Virus record (IMG/VR): IMGVR_UViG_3300020045_001707
Coordinates: 1 to 31,814 of that record
From: a virus
Taxonomy: Duplodnaviria > Caudoviricetes
Strand: one strand, 5' to 3'
Length of the DNA: 31,814 nucleotides
Shown here: piece by piece, positions 5,981 to 15,578 of the stretch
How positions within the stretch are numbered: position 1 is the first letter of the stretch
Layout of the letters: the number at the start of each line of letters is the position of its first letter
Program-made: the position numbers and the translations under genes
The notes under the pieces: generated by a model
What the model was told of the DNA's origin: nothing
The model's input: only the letters and a program-made list of their open reading frames with translations
The model's database searches: none

Positions 5981-8148
5981 TAAAGAGAGACTTGATTCGT
6001 ATCGAGCGGAAGCTGGTAGCAGTAAAGAATATCAGCTCCATCAGTATTAGCCACCGATCCCGACGCAAGGAAGCCCATGTGGGCGGAAAACGTTGGGATA
6101 ATATTTAGTAGCAGCTTGTGGGCTTGAACGTTATTGATGTACAGCCAAAGCACATATCGAGTGACCTTTACCACTGCGCCAGTTACGTTAGTTGGCGGTA
6201 TTGCGTCTAGTGTCACGATTGTTGACGAAACCACTTTAACGATATTTGCTATGAAGTCAGAGCCGCCCACGCCAGCCCCAGCGATAAGCATTTTTTCGCC
6301 TTTGTAAAAGGCCGTAGAGCTACCCACTGTCACATTTACAGTCCCGTTTGTCGTTCCTGTTGTAGTCAAAGAATCGCCTGAATCAAACGTACTTCGGTCG
6401 CAAACCATATCTACGTCCATCCACGCAGTAGTCGGCGTCCAGTTTCCTGTTGCCGTGTCGTCACCCGACAAGCGTACCCGCGAGTTTGGCGCGTCAAACC
6501 AAAAACCTAGATTAGGCGTGATTTCGTGCGAGTACCGCAGCGTACTCGTCAGCGTAGCCAGCTTGAGGCGTGACTTTAATTTAAATGCCCGCTTCCAACG
6601 AGTACCACACGCCGCCGCACACGCGCCAGAGCCCCGACGCAGACTGAGAATTTTATTTGATACAGAAGCAACCGAGTTAACGCCAAGATTGTACCAAGCA
6701 GGCTCGCGCTGAATAATCCCTAAACCTGAGACGGAAACATCACGATACCAGCGGCCTTGAGACTCATGAAAAACGCCGACTACAGGACGGCTTGCGCGTG
6801 GCTGCTTCGTGTTCAAGACGACAGCAGGTGAAAAGGCTACTCTGTATTGATTACTGCTCTTTAGTCGATATGAAGTAGCAATTACCCACTTACCATCGCC
6901 TTCATACAGTAGTGCTCCCTTGTAGCAATTGCAGCTTCTATTTGTGTCTGGATCAACGCCAGAAATAGCCGCAGGAACGTCCCACATCTTCCACGATTCT
7001 TTATCTTCCGATGTGAATAACATCTGAATATTTGAGTTTGTAGAGCCGGAAGCGCCGATATTCGAACTGCCTTGTAACTGACCGAGCATTAGCCACTGAT
7101 TTTTCTCAGGGTCATATTGTGCATCCTGATGCCATACGCCTTGGAAGTTTTTAGGAAATGGCTTTGTCCATTTCCCACCAAAGAAAGCAAGCCCGTCAAG
7201 GGAAGTTGCGTGGCGCAGAACAATGTCGTTGTAGCCGTCAATCTCGTAAGCTGTAGCCCATATATCCCATTGTTCGCCAGTCTTTACAATTGACGGTGAT
7301 AGGCAACCAGTGCCAATGGCTAATTCAGTTCCAGCAGTCCAATCCAAGTTACCGTTGAGCGTTACGTTATCCCACGCACCTTGCGTTCCTGCGGCGTTTG
7401 TCCATGTACCGCCATTCGAGGTTTGAATGCGGTGGATCGTCTCAACGCCACTAGTCGTAACGCGGAAGTACGCATACAGGATATTGACTTGCTCATCGTA
7501 ACAAAGGCGAGTATCTGTTGAAACACGCCCGGCAACTGAGTTTGCCGCAGTTAGGTTGTTGAATCCAGATGCATTAATGTTAACCGGAGTCCACGCACCA
7601 GTTCTGTCGTCGGTATTAAAAAGAATTGCATCTTCGTAAACGTCTTCAGAAGGCCATGTGCCAGCCGCCGACCACGGCGTCGCAGTCATCCAATACTTTT
7701 TACCATTCCAGCCATCGGGAAAATAAACAATAGAAGGGTGGACATATGACAGAATCGGGTTATTTGCCGCAGCAAGCGAGTGACTTGCGGACAATGCGAG
7801 TGCTGTGTTTTGATAAGAAAAAGTAACAGGCGTAAGCGATTGAGTTGCCTCGATTGCCGCTTCTGGAAACTCATAAAGCGTAATCGAAGTGCAACCACGC
7901 GGCGCATCAATATATAGCGTCAATAGCTCAGAAGTCGAATCTGGCCGAACTTCGACAGGAAGCCATCTTTTACCATCTGTCGCAACTACACCCAAAACCC
8001 CTACAGAAAATTGACTAATGAAATTTTCGTTTGTGACAATAATTTCATTTAAACCCTCTCTAACTGATAGCGACGTGATGCGAGTACCATTTTCTTCGCT
8101 TGGAACTAAAACATCAGTTTGTTTGCGTTTTGCATTTTGATTAAACAT
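5980..8148 (-). CDS. Putative glycosidase-like (beta-propeller/Asp-box) virion or receptor-binding protein with a C-terminal lectin-like domain
   Basis: Start likely MFNQN at 8148 (GGGGG RBS); HPSIVYFPDGWNGKKYWMTATP...YED motif; Asp-box-like TSNGGTW, TSLDGLAF and TSEDKESW; beta-rich C-terminus. Confidence 0.6.
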   Translation of the reverse strand: MFNQNAKRKQTDVLVPSEENGTRITSLSVREGLNEIIVTNENFISQFSVGVLGVVATDGKRWLPVEVRPDSTSELLTLYIDAPRGCTSITLYEFPEAAIEATQSLTPVTFSYQNTALALSASHSLAAANNPILSYVHPSIVYFPDGWNGKKYWMTATPWSAAGTWPSEDVYEDAILFNTDDRTGAWTPVNINASGFNNLTAANSVAGRVSTDTRLCYDEQVNILYAYFRVTTSGVETIHRIQTSNGGTWTNAAGTQGAWDNVTLNGNLDWTAGTELAIGTGCLSPSIVKTGEQWDIWATAYEIDGYNDIVLRHATSLDGLAFFGGKWTKPFPKNFQGVWHQDAQYDPEKNQWLMLGQLQGSSNIGASGSTNSNIQMLFTSEDKESWKMWDVPAAISGVDPDTNRSCNCYKGALLYEGDGKWVIATSYRLKSSNQYRVAFSPAVVLNTKQPRASRPVVGVFHESQGRWYRDVSVSGLGIIQREPAWYNLGVNSVASVSNKILSLRRGSGACAAACGTRWKRAFKLKSRLKLATLTSTLRYSHEITPNLGFWFDAPNSRVRLSGDDTATGNWTPTTAWMDVDMVCDRSTFDSGDSLTTTGTTNGTVNVTVGSSTAFYKGEKMLIAGAGVGGSDFIANIVKVVSSTIVTLDAIPPTNVTGAVVKVTRYVLWLYINNVQAHKLLLNIIPTFSAHMGFLASGSVANTDGADILYCYQLPLDTNQVSL

Positions 8149-8187
8149 TATTAACCCCCGCATATTTTTGAAGCTTTGCAATTAAAT

Positions 8188-8667
8188 TCATTCTGTGATC
8201 CCTTTTAGAATTGCTTGGCAAGTTGTCAATTGCTCGGTTTGTTCGACAATTCCACTTCTGAGGGCAAAATAAGCTGGTCTAACAGTGGGATCAAGTTCTG
8301 GGCTGGTTTCATAACCCACGCTGGCGGTACTGGAGGCTTTGGGCAATCCACTGCAACGGGCTGCGACGCGCAGCCGGACAGCGCCAGAAGCAACAGAATT
8401 GCGTAATTTGATGAGCTCATTTTCTTTATCCTGTAATCGTTTTGATCCTTCTGCATCTAACTTAGCATTTGCATCGTCAAATTTCTTTTGTGCTTTTTTT
8501 GCCTCATTTTGAGCAGAAATTAGTTTTTGATCATAACCGCTTTTTATTTCTGCTATCTCAACGCGATAGACAAGCGAAGTTACAAAGATTGATGCCGCCG
8601 CTGAAATTGAACCGATCAGCAACGGCTTAACCCACCAACGCAAAATAAAAGTAGATAAGCTAATCAT
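8188..8667 (-). CDS. Rz: i-spanin (Rz-like)
   Basis: N-terminal TM, coiled coil, LRNSVASGAVRLRVAARC and YFALRSGI..Q..QL..CQ motifs. Confidence 0.9.
   Translation of the reverse strand: MISLSTFILRWWVKPLLIGSISAAASIFVTSLVYRVEIAEIKSGYDQKLISAQNEAKKAQKKFDDANAKLDAEGSKRLQDKENELIKLRNSVASGAVRLRVAARCSGLPKASSTASVGYETSPELDPTVRPAYFALRSGIVEQTEQLTTCQAILKGITE
8226..8420 (-). CDS. Rz1: o-spanin lipoprotein (Rz1-like) embedded in Rz
   Basis: MSSSNYAILLLLALSG-C lipobox and Pro-rich CPKPPVPPAWVM, nested in an alternative frame. Confidence 0.85.
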   Translation of the reverse strand: MSSSNYAILLLLALSGCASQPVAVDCPKPPVPPAWVMKPAQNLIPLLDQLILPSEVELSNKPSN

Positions 8668-8990
8668 TACGTACTCGAATGCGTGCAGATTGCGCGTGCG
8701 TTCGGGCCAGTAACGCCAGATAGCACCACACGGAAAAATCGGTACGGCACTTCGACAGTATCAATCACTGACGCCGCATTCGTTCCGCTTGCTGTGATAG
8801 AACCTAGATCAGTTTCCGTTCCGGCCGCGCCGTTTACTGAGCCAAATAACTGCGCTGTAGCACCACACGCGCCATCCGCCGTAACGATCAACTCAATAAC
8901 CGCTACGCTGCGATTATCACGCTCAACCATCACACCATTCAAACCAACCGAGCTATCGGCCAATAGTTTAGTTTCTGACATAAATACCAT
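8667..8990 (-). CDS. Small beta-rich protein, putative virion accessory
   Basis: 107-aa ORF between tailspike and Rz; G/A/T/V-rich. Confidence 0.7.
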   Translation of the reverse strand: MVFMSETKLLADSSVGLNGVMVERDNRSVAVIELIVTADGACGATAQLFGSVNGAAGTETDLGSITASGTNAASVIDTVEVPYRFFRVVLSGVTGPNARAICTHSST

Positions 8991-9002
8991 CCTGCAATAT
9001 AG

Positions 9003-10898
9003 TTAAGTTACTAAAATAGACCATGAGCTGCCACCGAATTCCCCGTCAATACCTACGTAGATAATGCCACCAGTAGTATTATTAATAATGAAATTAAACA
9101 ACGTCCCTGCTGGATTTGATGCGGCTATTGTAATGAACGAAGGCAAAACACCTTGAGCATGCTGATACGTAGTGCCATTTTTTTGTCCAACTGATGAAAT
9201 ATCAACAACACCGGATGCTCCGCTATTCAACACGACCCTTATATTTCCAAGCGCAGTTCTTGCGCTTGACGTGGTGTCAGTAGTCAATATTTGAACGGTT
9301 TTTGTTTCTCCAACGCCGATCGAAGTTTCTGCCGCAATGACATTAATCTGATCTTTGCTATTTGTAGCGCCCCCGAACATGTTTACTGACATCGGAGTGT
9401 CGCTAGTTATCGTATTACCAGCATCAATGCGAATCAATGCATCCTCGCCGTATGCAATGGCTTTATCTTTCATCCCATAAAATAGGAGGTCTGTATTTGT
9501 GAGTGTACCCATCGGACTTGCCCCAGAAAAGGGCTGGCAAAACTCCCTCTGGCAATCATAGAAAGAAAACGAGTTGCGAGCGCCGACCACCCCATCAATC
9601 CTAAATATACCTTTCAGCCCCTCAAACAGTGTATTCCTGAATGTTGCTTGAACAGTACCACCCGTCCCACCAACTGATTTTCTAATGTCAATACCTGCTC
9701 CGTCAGAACCAAATAATTGACAGGTATCAAATACAAGATAGTTAAATGTGCAATCCTCCATAACTACGCTATTTGTATTATTTACTAAGCTACAATTTTC
9801 AAACTTTGTAGGGCCATAGTAGTTATAAGTTAATGGGTCAGGTGCTAAATATCTACCCTTAAACAATACGGCCGCTGCAAACCAAACGAATGAACAATTT
9901 ATAAAAAGGTTATCTGTTGTATATCGGTTTAACGAGACATTCCCAGTTACCCCTTTCTCAACATAAACAGCGGGGAGTGTGCTTTTTGGTTGCGCAGCGG
10001 GGTAAAAATTACCATGCAGAAAATTAATACCGTTAAATACGAAATTTTCAGCAAAGAAATTGTTCAGTAAAAGTGAAAAAATTGGCTTATTTCCACCCGT
10101 CATTATTAGTGTAGTTCCTGCCCGATCTGGGGCGTAAGCAGATGCAACCCCAGTCGTAGACGCTAGGCCGCGACAACGGAAATTAGTAATACCTAACGCC
10201 GTGTAGTCGATAGTTATTGTGTCGGACATTAGAAACACACCGTCAGGGATGTCCAGTATCATGTGGTTCTTTGCTGCGAACTGCGCAGCTCTGTTCATGT
10301 TGGCGTAATCGTCAACAAGCCCTTTCCCAGTAGCCTCAAACCATAATGGATTTATTGTAGTTGCATCCCTGCGTTTCCATCTGCGCTCATCAGAGCCAAC
10401 AATAATTGTCCCTCCGTTGTCCGCGCTTGTTGTGTCCGATGGGTCATAGACAAAATTACCAGCAATGCCAACAGGTGATAAGGCAATTAAAAACCCAGTA
10501 ACATACACTAGGGTTGCCGACCCAGCATATGCACGGAGAAGGGTGTAGCTATCAAGCTGTGGAACATTAGAGCCGGGGAAATCTTCATTGAATATTGACC
10601 ACTGCGCCGGATTAAACGTGCCAGTTGTGATAAATGGCGTGGCGTCAGGCCGCGCAAAGTATCGGTCACCACTGTATTCAACCGTAATGCGCGAGCTGTC
10701 CGCATTAATTCCAGATGCAAACGTAACTGGCGCATTAAATCCAAGCTCTGCAATGGCAGTGATATACGTAGGTATTGAGTTGCCAACGCGGTTTACAAGA
10801 TAGCCGTTAGTATTTGAAAGCTGGTCTAATTTTTCAGCGTTAAAAAGTAGGTCACGCGGGTCATTTGATGGCACTGGCTTGGTTGTTGGAGTTGTCAT
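9003..10898 (-). CDS. Tailspike / polysaccharide depolymerase (beta-helix)
   Basis: N-terminal anchor PVPSNDPRDLLFNAEKLD; TTSADNGGTIIVG..RRWKR module; INPLWFEATGKGLVDD...LDIPDGVF pectate-lyase-like entry into beta-helix repeats. Confidence 0.85.
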   Translation of the reverse strand: MTTPTTKPVPSNDPRDLLFNAEKLDQLSNTNGYLVNRVGNSIPTYITAIAELGFNAPVTFASGINADSSRITVEYSGDRYFARPDATPFITTGTFNPAQWSIFNEDFPGSNVPQLDSYTLLRAYAGSATLVYVTGFLIALSPVGIAGNFVYDPSDTTSADNGGTIIVGSDERRWKRRDATTINPLWFEATGKGLVDDYANMNRAAQFAAKNHMILDIPDGVFLMSDTITIDYTALGITNFRCRGLASTTGVASAYAPDRAGTTLIMTGGNKPIFSLLLNNFFAENFVFNGINFLHGNFYPAAQPKSTLPAVYVEKGVTGNVSLNRYTTDNLFINCSFVWFAAAVLFKGRYLAPDPLTYNYYGPTKFENCSLVNNTNSVVMEDCTFNYLVFDTCQLFGSDGAGIDIRKSVGGTGGTVQATFRNTLFEGLKGIFRIDGVVGARNSFSFYDCQREFCQPFSGASPMGTLTNTDLLFYGMKDKAIAYGEDALIRIDAGNTITSDTPMSVNMFGGATNSKDQINVIAAETSIGVGETKTVQILTTDTTSSARTALGNIRVVLNSGASGVVDISSVGQKNGTTYQHAQGVLPSFITIAASNPAGTLFNFIINNTTGGIIYVGIDGEFGGSSWSILVT

Positions 10899-10903
10899 TT
10901 AAT

Positions 10904-11383
10904 TTAGGCCTCGCCTGTAGTTTTGCTGGCACTTTCGATTGGCAATGGGTAATTTGGTATTGGTTCGCCAGCAGGGTATCGATAGCCGCTAACTCGCGCA
11001 GTTGGGAATTCTCGGACATTTACTGCATCGCCTTGATTTCCGCCCAGTACAAGCAAGTCACCAGATGCAGTTTTTCCAACTACAAAGCCAACGTGACCGC
11101 CGCCGTCACGCGTGAAAACGACAACGCAGCCATACACCGGATTGTTAAGCTTTACGCCCCACGTTAAATACGATTTTGCAGACTCATATCGACTAGAAAC
11201 AATTCCGACATTTTCCAACATAGCCCCAACAAATGCAGCACACCAAGGCACTTTTTGATCTTTTATCCCGCCTCTTTTTATTTTTTTCCAAAGCGAAACA
11301 ATAAACGGGCTATTTCCATTTTTAAGCTCTGACTCACCTATGTACTTGCGAGCCTCGTTTATCCATGCTACATTATCATTCAT
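10904..11383 (-). CDS. Endolysin, TIGR02594-like NlpC/P60-CHAP peptidase
   Basis: W...A..YIGESE, VPWCAAFVG (Cys), GGGHVGFVVG (His), LGGNQGDAV; AGGAG RBS. Confidence 0.85.
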   Translation of the reverse strand: MNDNVAWINEARKYIGESELKNGNSPFIVSLWKKIKRGGIKDQKVPWCAAFVGAMLENVGIVSSRYESAKSYLTWGVKLNNPVYGCVVVFTRDGGGHVGFVVGKTASGDLLVLGGNQGDAVNVREFPTARVSGYRYPAGEPIPNYPLPIESASKTTGEA

Positions 11384-11400
11384 AGCCAAGGACTCCTATC

Positions 11401-12012
11401 ATGATTATATATAACGACTGGTCTGTAATTGAACAACAGGGCAAATATTGGATTTGTCAATGCTGTTGTGGCGTAGTTAGAAAAGTAGTTGGCTACGATG
11501 TTAAGTCCAACAAGTCCAAAGGATGCGGATGCAAAAGAAAAAAAGCGCTTGCTAATGCTGCAAAAATAAAAAACACTAAACATGGCAAATCCAATCAAAC
11601 AGAGCAACAAATATGGTCTGACATGAAAAGACGTTGCTACAATCCAAGCAGAAAAGATTTTATCAGGTACGGAGCCAGAGGCATAACCGTCTGCGATAGA
11701 TGGATGTTCGGCAACGGAGAAATTAGTGGTTTTCATTGTTTCCTTGTTGATATGGGCAATAGACCTTCAAATTTATACACGCTAGATCGAATTGACAATG
11801 AAAAAGGCTATAGCAAAGAAAACTGCCGATGGGCTTCAAAGCTAGAGCAAGACTACAACAAAAGAAACACATTTAAATTTCAGGCTTTTGGCAGAGAGTG
11901 GAATCTGCTAGAAGCAAGCATTCACACTGGAATAAATAGCTCAACAATTTATGGCCGCATAAAAACATACGGCATGACCGGAGAGCAGGCCATGCAAAAA
12001 AAATCTGATTAG
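11401..12012 (+). mobile_element. Free-standing HNH homing endonuclease gene, antisense within the lysis module
   Basis: WICQCCCG...GCGC Zn region; MKRRCYNP..YGARGITVCDRW..DMGNRP..TLDRIDNEKGYSKENCRWA..EQ..N; C-terminal helix-turn-helix-like end. Confidence 0.85.
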
Positions 12013-12242
12013 GATTTTTTCTCATGGACTTTTTCCTGTTTAATTAGTCGTGCAATCATGCCTGCTGCAATTAGCGTCAAGCCCACAACAGAGGCGTATT
12101 CATCTGGCAGCATGGCCTTGATGTTGTCTGGCAAGTATTGCCACGCATCAAGCAGAACTTCGGGGAATGCCAGCGCCGCCAGCCCAACCGCTTGCAGTTG
12201 CAAGCTCCAAAACTTCCACGCCTTCCGCCAGTTATAAATCAT
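12009..12242 (-). CDS. Putative holin (2 TM)
   Basis: NWRKAWKFWSLQL N-terminus, two hydrophobic segments, ARLIKQ basic tail; upstream of the endolysin. Confidence 0.75.
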   Translation of the reverse strand: MIYNWRKAWKFWSLQLQAVGLAALAFPEVLLDAWQYLPDNIKAMLPDEYASVVGLTLIAAGMIARLIKQEKVHEKKS

Positions 12243-12717
12243 CCATCGTCTCCGTGTATCCCGCCAACTTCATCATTAAAGCAGTTTGCCGACCGTCAAT
12301 TCGTACCATTTCAATAGGATCAACCTTGCCGCGTGAATGTTGCGCTAAGTCAGTATAAATATGCAATTGTTCAGAAAATGCACCTCGATACTTTCGCTCA
12401 TTAAATGCCGATGTTTTGTAATCACCCTTTACCGATGCCAGCTCATTAGCCATGCCAGCCAAGCGAAAACTAATCTCCTTATAATCTCGGCGTAACTCCT
12501 CAATTTCTTTTCCGTAATGCTCATATAGTGTTTGCGCTGCCTCGCTTTGTGCCGCATCGGTGTTAGCTTCTGCCTCCTGGCTCTTAGCCCCTGCATTATG
12601 CTTTCGCACTGTTGCGCCACCAACCCCAGCCATGATTCCAAGAATCATCACGACTATGGACTGAAACGCCCAATTAGGCAGGCCGCTGGCAACTACCGCG
12701 CTGGCTACCTCATTCAT
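12232..12717 (-). CDS. Membrane protein with coiled coil (holin/antiholin-associated?)
   Basis: One N-terminal TM then a heptad-like soluble part; located in the lysis cluster. Confidence 0.6.
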   Translation of the reverse strand: MNEVASAVVASGLPNWAFQSIVVMILGIMAGVGGATVRKHNAGAKSQEAEANTDAAQSEAAQTLYEHYGKEIEELRRDYKEISFRLAGMANELASVKGDYKTSAFNERKYRGAFSEQLHIYTDLAQHSRGKVDPIEMVRIDGRQTALMMKLAGYTETMDDL

Positions 12718-13093
12718 CGGTCAACGTGCGAATGCACAAAAAAAAGCATGCAAAAACAATTGCCATTTCACCACCCAATGGCATCCAGCTATGTATCGTG
12801 TGCATCATTGAGCTAAGCATAAGCAGCCAAGCAGCAATTCCGATTAATGATCCAGCAATGCCAACTATTCTAGTATTGCAAAATGACAAATAAGCCGCAC
12901 TAACAATGGCGTGAATCAAAAACACCGTACCCCAAGCCTGTTGCGGCATAACCCCTAACGCTTTCTTGTATGTGATCTGAACCATGGTCTGCCCCGGCAC
13001 AAAACACATTGCGCCAATCCACAAAGAGGCGATCGCAACAATGATCCAAATCATCGAAGTATCAGCACGCCAAAACACAGGTGTTTTTGTCAT
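12710..13093 (-). CDS. Multi-pass membrane protein (about 4 TM)
   Basis: Four hydrophobic segments; GGAG RBS. Confidence 0.7.
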   Translation of the reverse strand: MTKTPVFWRADTSMIWIIVAIASLWIGAMCFVPGQTMVQITYKKALGVMPQQAWGTVFLIHAIVSAAYLSFCNTRIVGIAGSLIGIAAWLLMLSSMMHTIHSWMPLGGEMAIVFACFFLCIRTLTDE

Positions 13094-13103
13094 TTAATCT
13101 CCA

Positions 13104-15578
13104 TCAATCAAAACTATAGATGCGTTCGTCGTAATTGATTAATTCTATCGCAATTGTACCATTCTCACTTGGTTTTTTAGAAGTAAGCGTGTATAAGCCT
13201 GCTTTTTGGATTTCTTCATCAGTTAATCCGACGCCGACGGAATAGCGAGAGCCTAGTTGAATGTCTGAACCATCCGACAAATACACTCCACTTGGCAGGC
13301 TGGCCACAACGAAGCCGTTCACGCCATCAATGCGCGGTGTGCAGACTACAGGCGATAAGCTTGTGCCTGTGGCTGTTGTAAAAATAACGCGGCCAGATGC
13401 GTTACCGTTCCAGTGAATCGGCTCGCTTGTTGTGATGTTCGTGCCATAAATATCCATTACTTCGCCAGCCTGCAAGCCGTCATCGCCAAAGAAATCATTC
13501 GGATCAACCCATCGGCAAACTTCGCCAATACCGACTAGCGCCGCGTCTTTAAGCGCAGTATCTGATACGCTAGTGCGCTGATAGATCAGTTTATTTGCTT
13601 CAAGGTATGCGCGGTTTGTGGCTTGCGTTACATTGCGGCATCCGGCCAATTGAATTTTGCTTGCGCGCGCGCCAGTGCCGGGCTCGACCATGCCCGACGC
13701 ATTCACTCGCAATTTAACAATGGCTTTTTTGTTGTCCGCTGGATTCACATACTCAAGCTCGATGCTGTCGAATGAAGTTGGCAAATGCCCGCGATAAGTA
13801 ATCGTGCTGTCGCCATCAGCAGCTAAGTTGCGGTAGTCAAACTGCACAGCAGGGAATCCAGCACCAGCTTGGTCGCGTACAAATGAGTGCTGCGTACCGT
13901 CACGGAATACCTGCACCCGCGCCACATTAGCCGCCGTGCGCAAACGATCCTCTAGCGAAACGTCTTTATCATCAAAGCTAAAGTCAAAATAGCCTAGCTC
14001 GCCCGGGGCTTGTGATTGAACTAATTGCAGAGTAGCCACGTCAAGCTTGGCAATATCGAATTTTGCAATAGCGACAAACTGATGCAGAATTGCACGGGCA
14101 AAGCTGCGCGATGGCGTGCAAACGGTAGCACCGAAGTCACGCACATGGCGCGTCACCACAGCATTGAATTTCCGCTCTTGCCCCGATGTAGCCGACTCTG
14201 TAGCCACAGTGGTTAGGCGCATGATCGTCACGCCTTTAAATTCCTTGTAGGCGTAATACTTCATTGCAAAAACTTCTTCTAGCTTTGCAACGTCAGTGCC
14301 TTGGTCGCCAATTTGCGCGGTCAATCGCTCAAAGAATATGCGATAACGCCCAAGCCCAGCAGATGGCGTAACTGTAGTTGTGAAGTATTGCGCGTTGAAT
14401 GTGTCACGACTAAACGTATCCGTTTGCGATTGCCGTGTGCCGCCTATTTCAACACCGCCCGAGTCAATTTTGAACCACGTCGCACGAATTTGCACCGTTC
14501 CTTTTAAGCCGCGAAGAAACACCGTATTCCAGCGAATTGTATTTAACTCGACAGGAAGATTAAACGTATTTGTTGGATTAAGCGTCGCTTTATTTGGCGT
14601 TATTTCAACATCGACGGCCACTGTAGACGTATTAGCAAATGCAGATGGCGCGTTAAAGGTAAACACATAATCGCCGCCGCCGCTGGTATAGCTAACGCAA
14701 TCGCAATTTGCATTGATTAGCGTGGATGAATCGACGTCAAGCTTTGCAAAAACTAGCGCAGTACCCAAAAAAGGGAATAGCTCGATTAGTTGTGCCCATT
14801 TAATATTGATAGGCACAGTCAAAGTAAATACGCTACTCGCCATTACCGTGGCTATCACCGCTGTGTTTTCTGATTGCATTGGATAAGGGATTGCATATTC
14901 CAGCTCTTGCCCGTTTACGTCCGGCGTCTCAAAAGATTCGTAAATGTCACTCACTGTTGTTGTGCCATATTCTGGATATACACCTCCAACAGGGTAAAAC
15001 GCCTCATAACTCGCGCCTGTAATATCAGAAAGCAGCGTCTCAGCGTAGCGGATTTGTTCAAGCGTGTATTTGCCACGGCCAACACAAACCCACTCAGTAA
15101 TGCGCTTTAGATTGTCCACGTACTCAATAATGCTTTGCTGGATCAAGTCAGGATAGGCGCGAATCTGCCCGTAAATATCTGGAATCGCCTGATACAGCCG
15201 CGCAAGGTTTGTTTGCCCGGTAAATCGGTTATTTGGCGAGTCCTTTCCTGCTCCCATGTCGTTTGGGATGGCTGGTTTTGGCAGAAGAAAGAATGAAGCC
15301 GCTGACACTGCCAGAGACAGCCCAAGGATTACCCAAGAAATAGGATCAAGGCCTTCTGGCCTCAACCCAACGCGCACATCATCAAGCACAGTCGCGAGCC
15401 GATCAAGATCAGCGCAATCAAGCGGAGATTCAACCAAAATGCCATTAATCCACAGCACAGCATCAAAGCCAGACTCCAAATGTGTCTCAATGTTTTGCTG
15501 AATCGTCTTGCTGGTATCCAGCTCGTAAATGTCACGCCCACTAGCGCCCGCCGGATCACGCGAAATGATTAAAGGCAT
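13104..15578 (-). CDS. Tail tip / central tail protein (TipJ-like host specificity factor)
   Basis: SPNNRFTGQTNLARLYQAIPDIYGQIRAYPDL motif; ends YDERIY; follows the NlpC/P60 gene. Confidence 0.85.
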   Translation of the reverse strand: MPLIISRDPAGASGRDIYELDTSKTIQQNIETHLESGFDAVLWINGILVESPLDCADLDRLATVLDDVRVGLRPEGLDPISWVILGLSLAVSAASFFLLPKPAIPNDMGAGKDSPNNRFTGQTNLARLYQAIPDIYGQIRAYPDLIQQSIIEYVDNLKRITEWVCVGRGKYTLEQIRYAETLLSDITGASYEAFYPVGGVYPEYGTTTVSDIYESFETPDVNGQELEYAIPYPMQSENTAVIATVMASSVFTLTVPINIKWAQLIELFPFLGTALVFAKLDVDSSTLINANCDCVSYTSGGGDYVFTFNAPSAFANTSTVAVDVEITPNKATLNPTNTFNLPVELNTIRWNTVFLRGLKGTVQIRATWFKIDSGGVEIGGTRQSQTDTFSRDTFNAQYFTTTVTPSAGLGRYRIFFERLTAQIGDQGTDVAKLEEVFAMKYYAYKEFKGVTIMRLTTVATESATSGQERKFNAVVTRHVRDFGATVCTPSRSFARAILHQFVAIAKFDIAKLDVATLQLVQSQAPGELGYFDFSFDDKDVSLEDRLRTAANVARVQVFRDGTQHSFVRDQAGAGFPAVQFDYRNLAADGDSTITYRGHLPTSFDSIELEYVNPADNKKAIVKLRVNASGMVEPGTGARASKIQLAGCRNVTQATNRAYLEANKLIYQRTSVSDTALKDAALVGIGEVCRWVDPNDFFGDDGLQAGEVMDIYGTNITTSEPIHWNGNASGRVIFTTATGTSLSPVVCTPRIDGVNGFVVASLPSGVYLSDGSDIQLGSRYSVGVGLTDEEIQKAGLYTLTSKKPSENGTIAIELINYDERIYSFD

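Noticed and set aside
8683-9006. Antisense ORF mirroring the 107-aa gene, and similar shadow ORFs across tail and head genes
   Set aside because: Codon-mirror ORFs opposite well-supported genes, with no RBS or motifs
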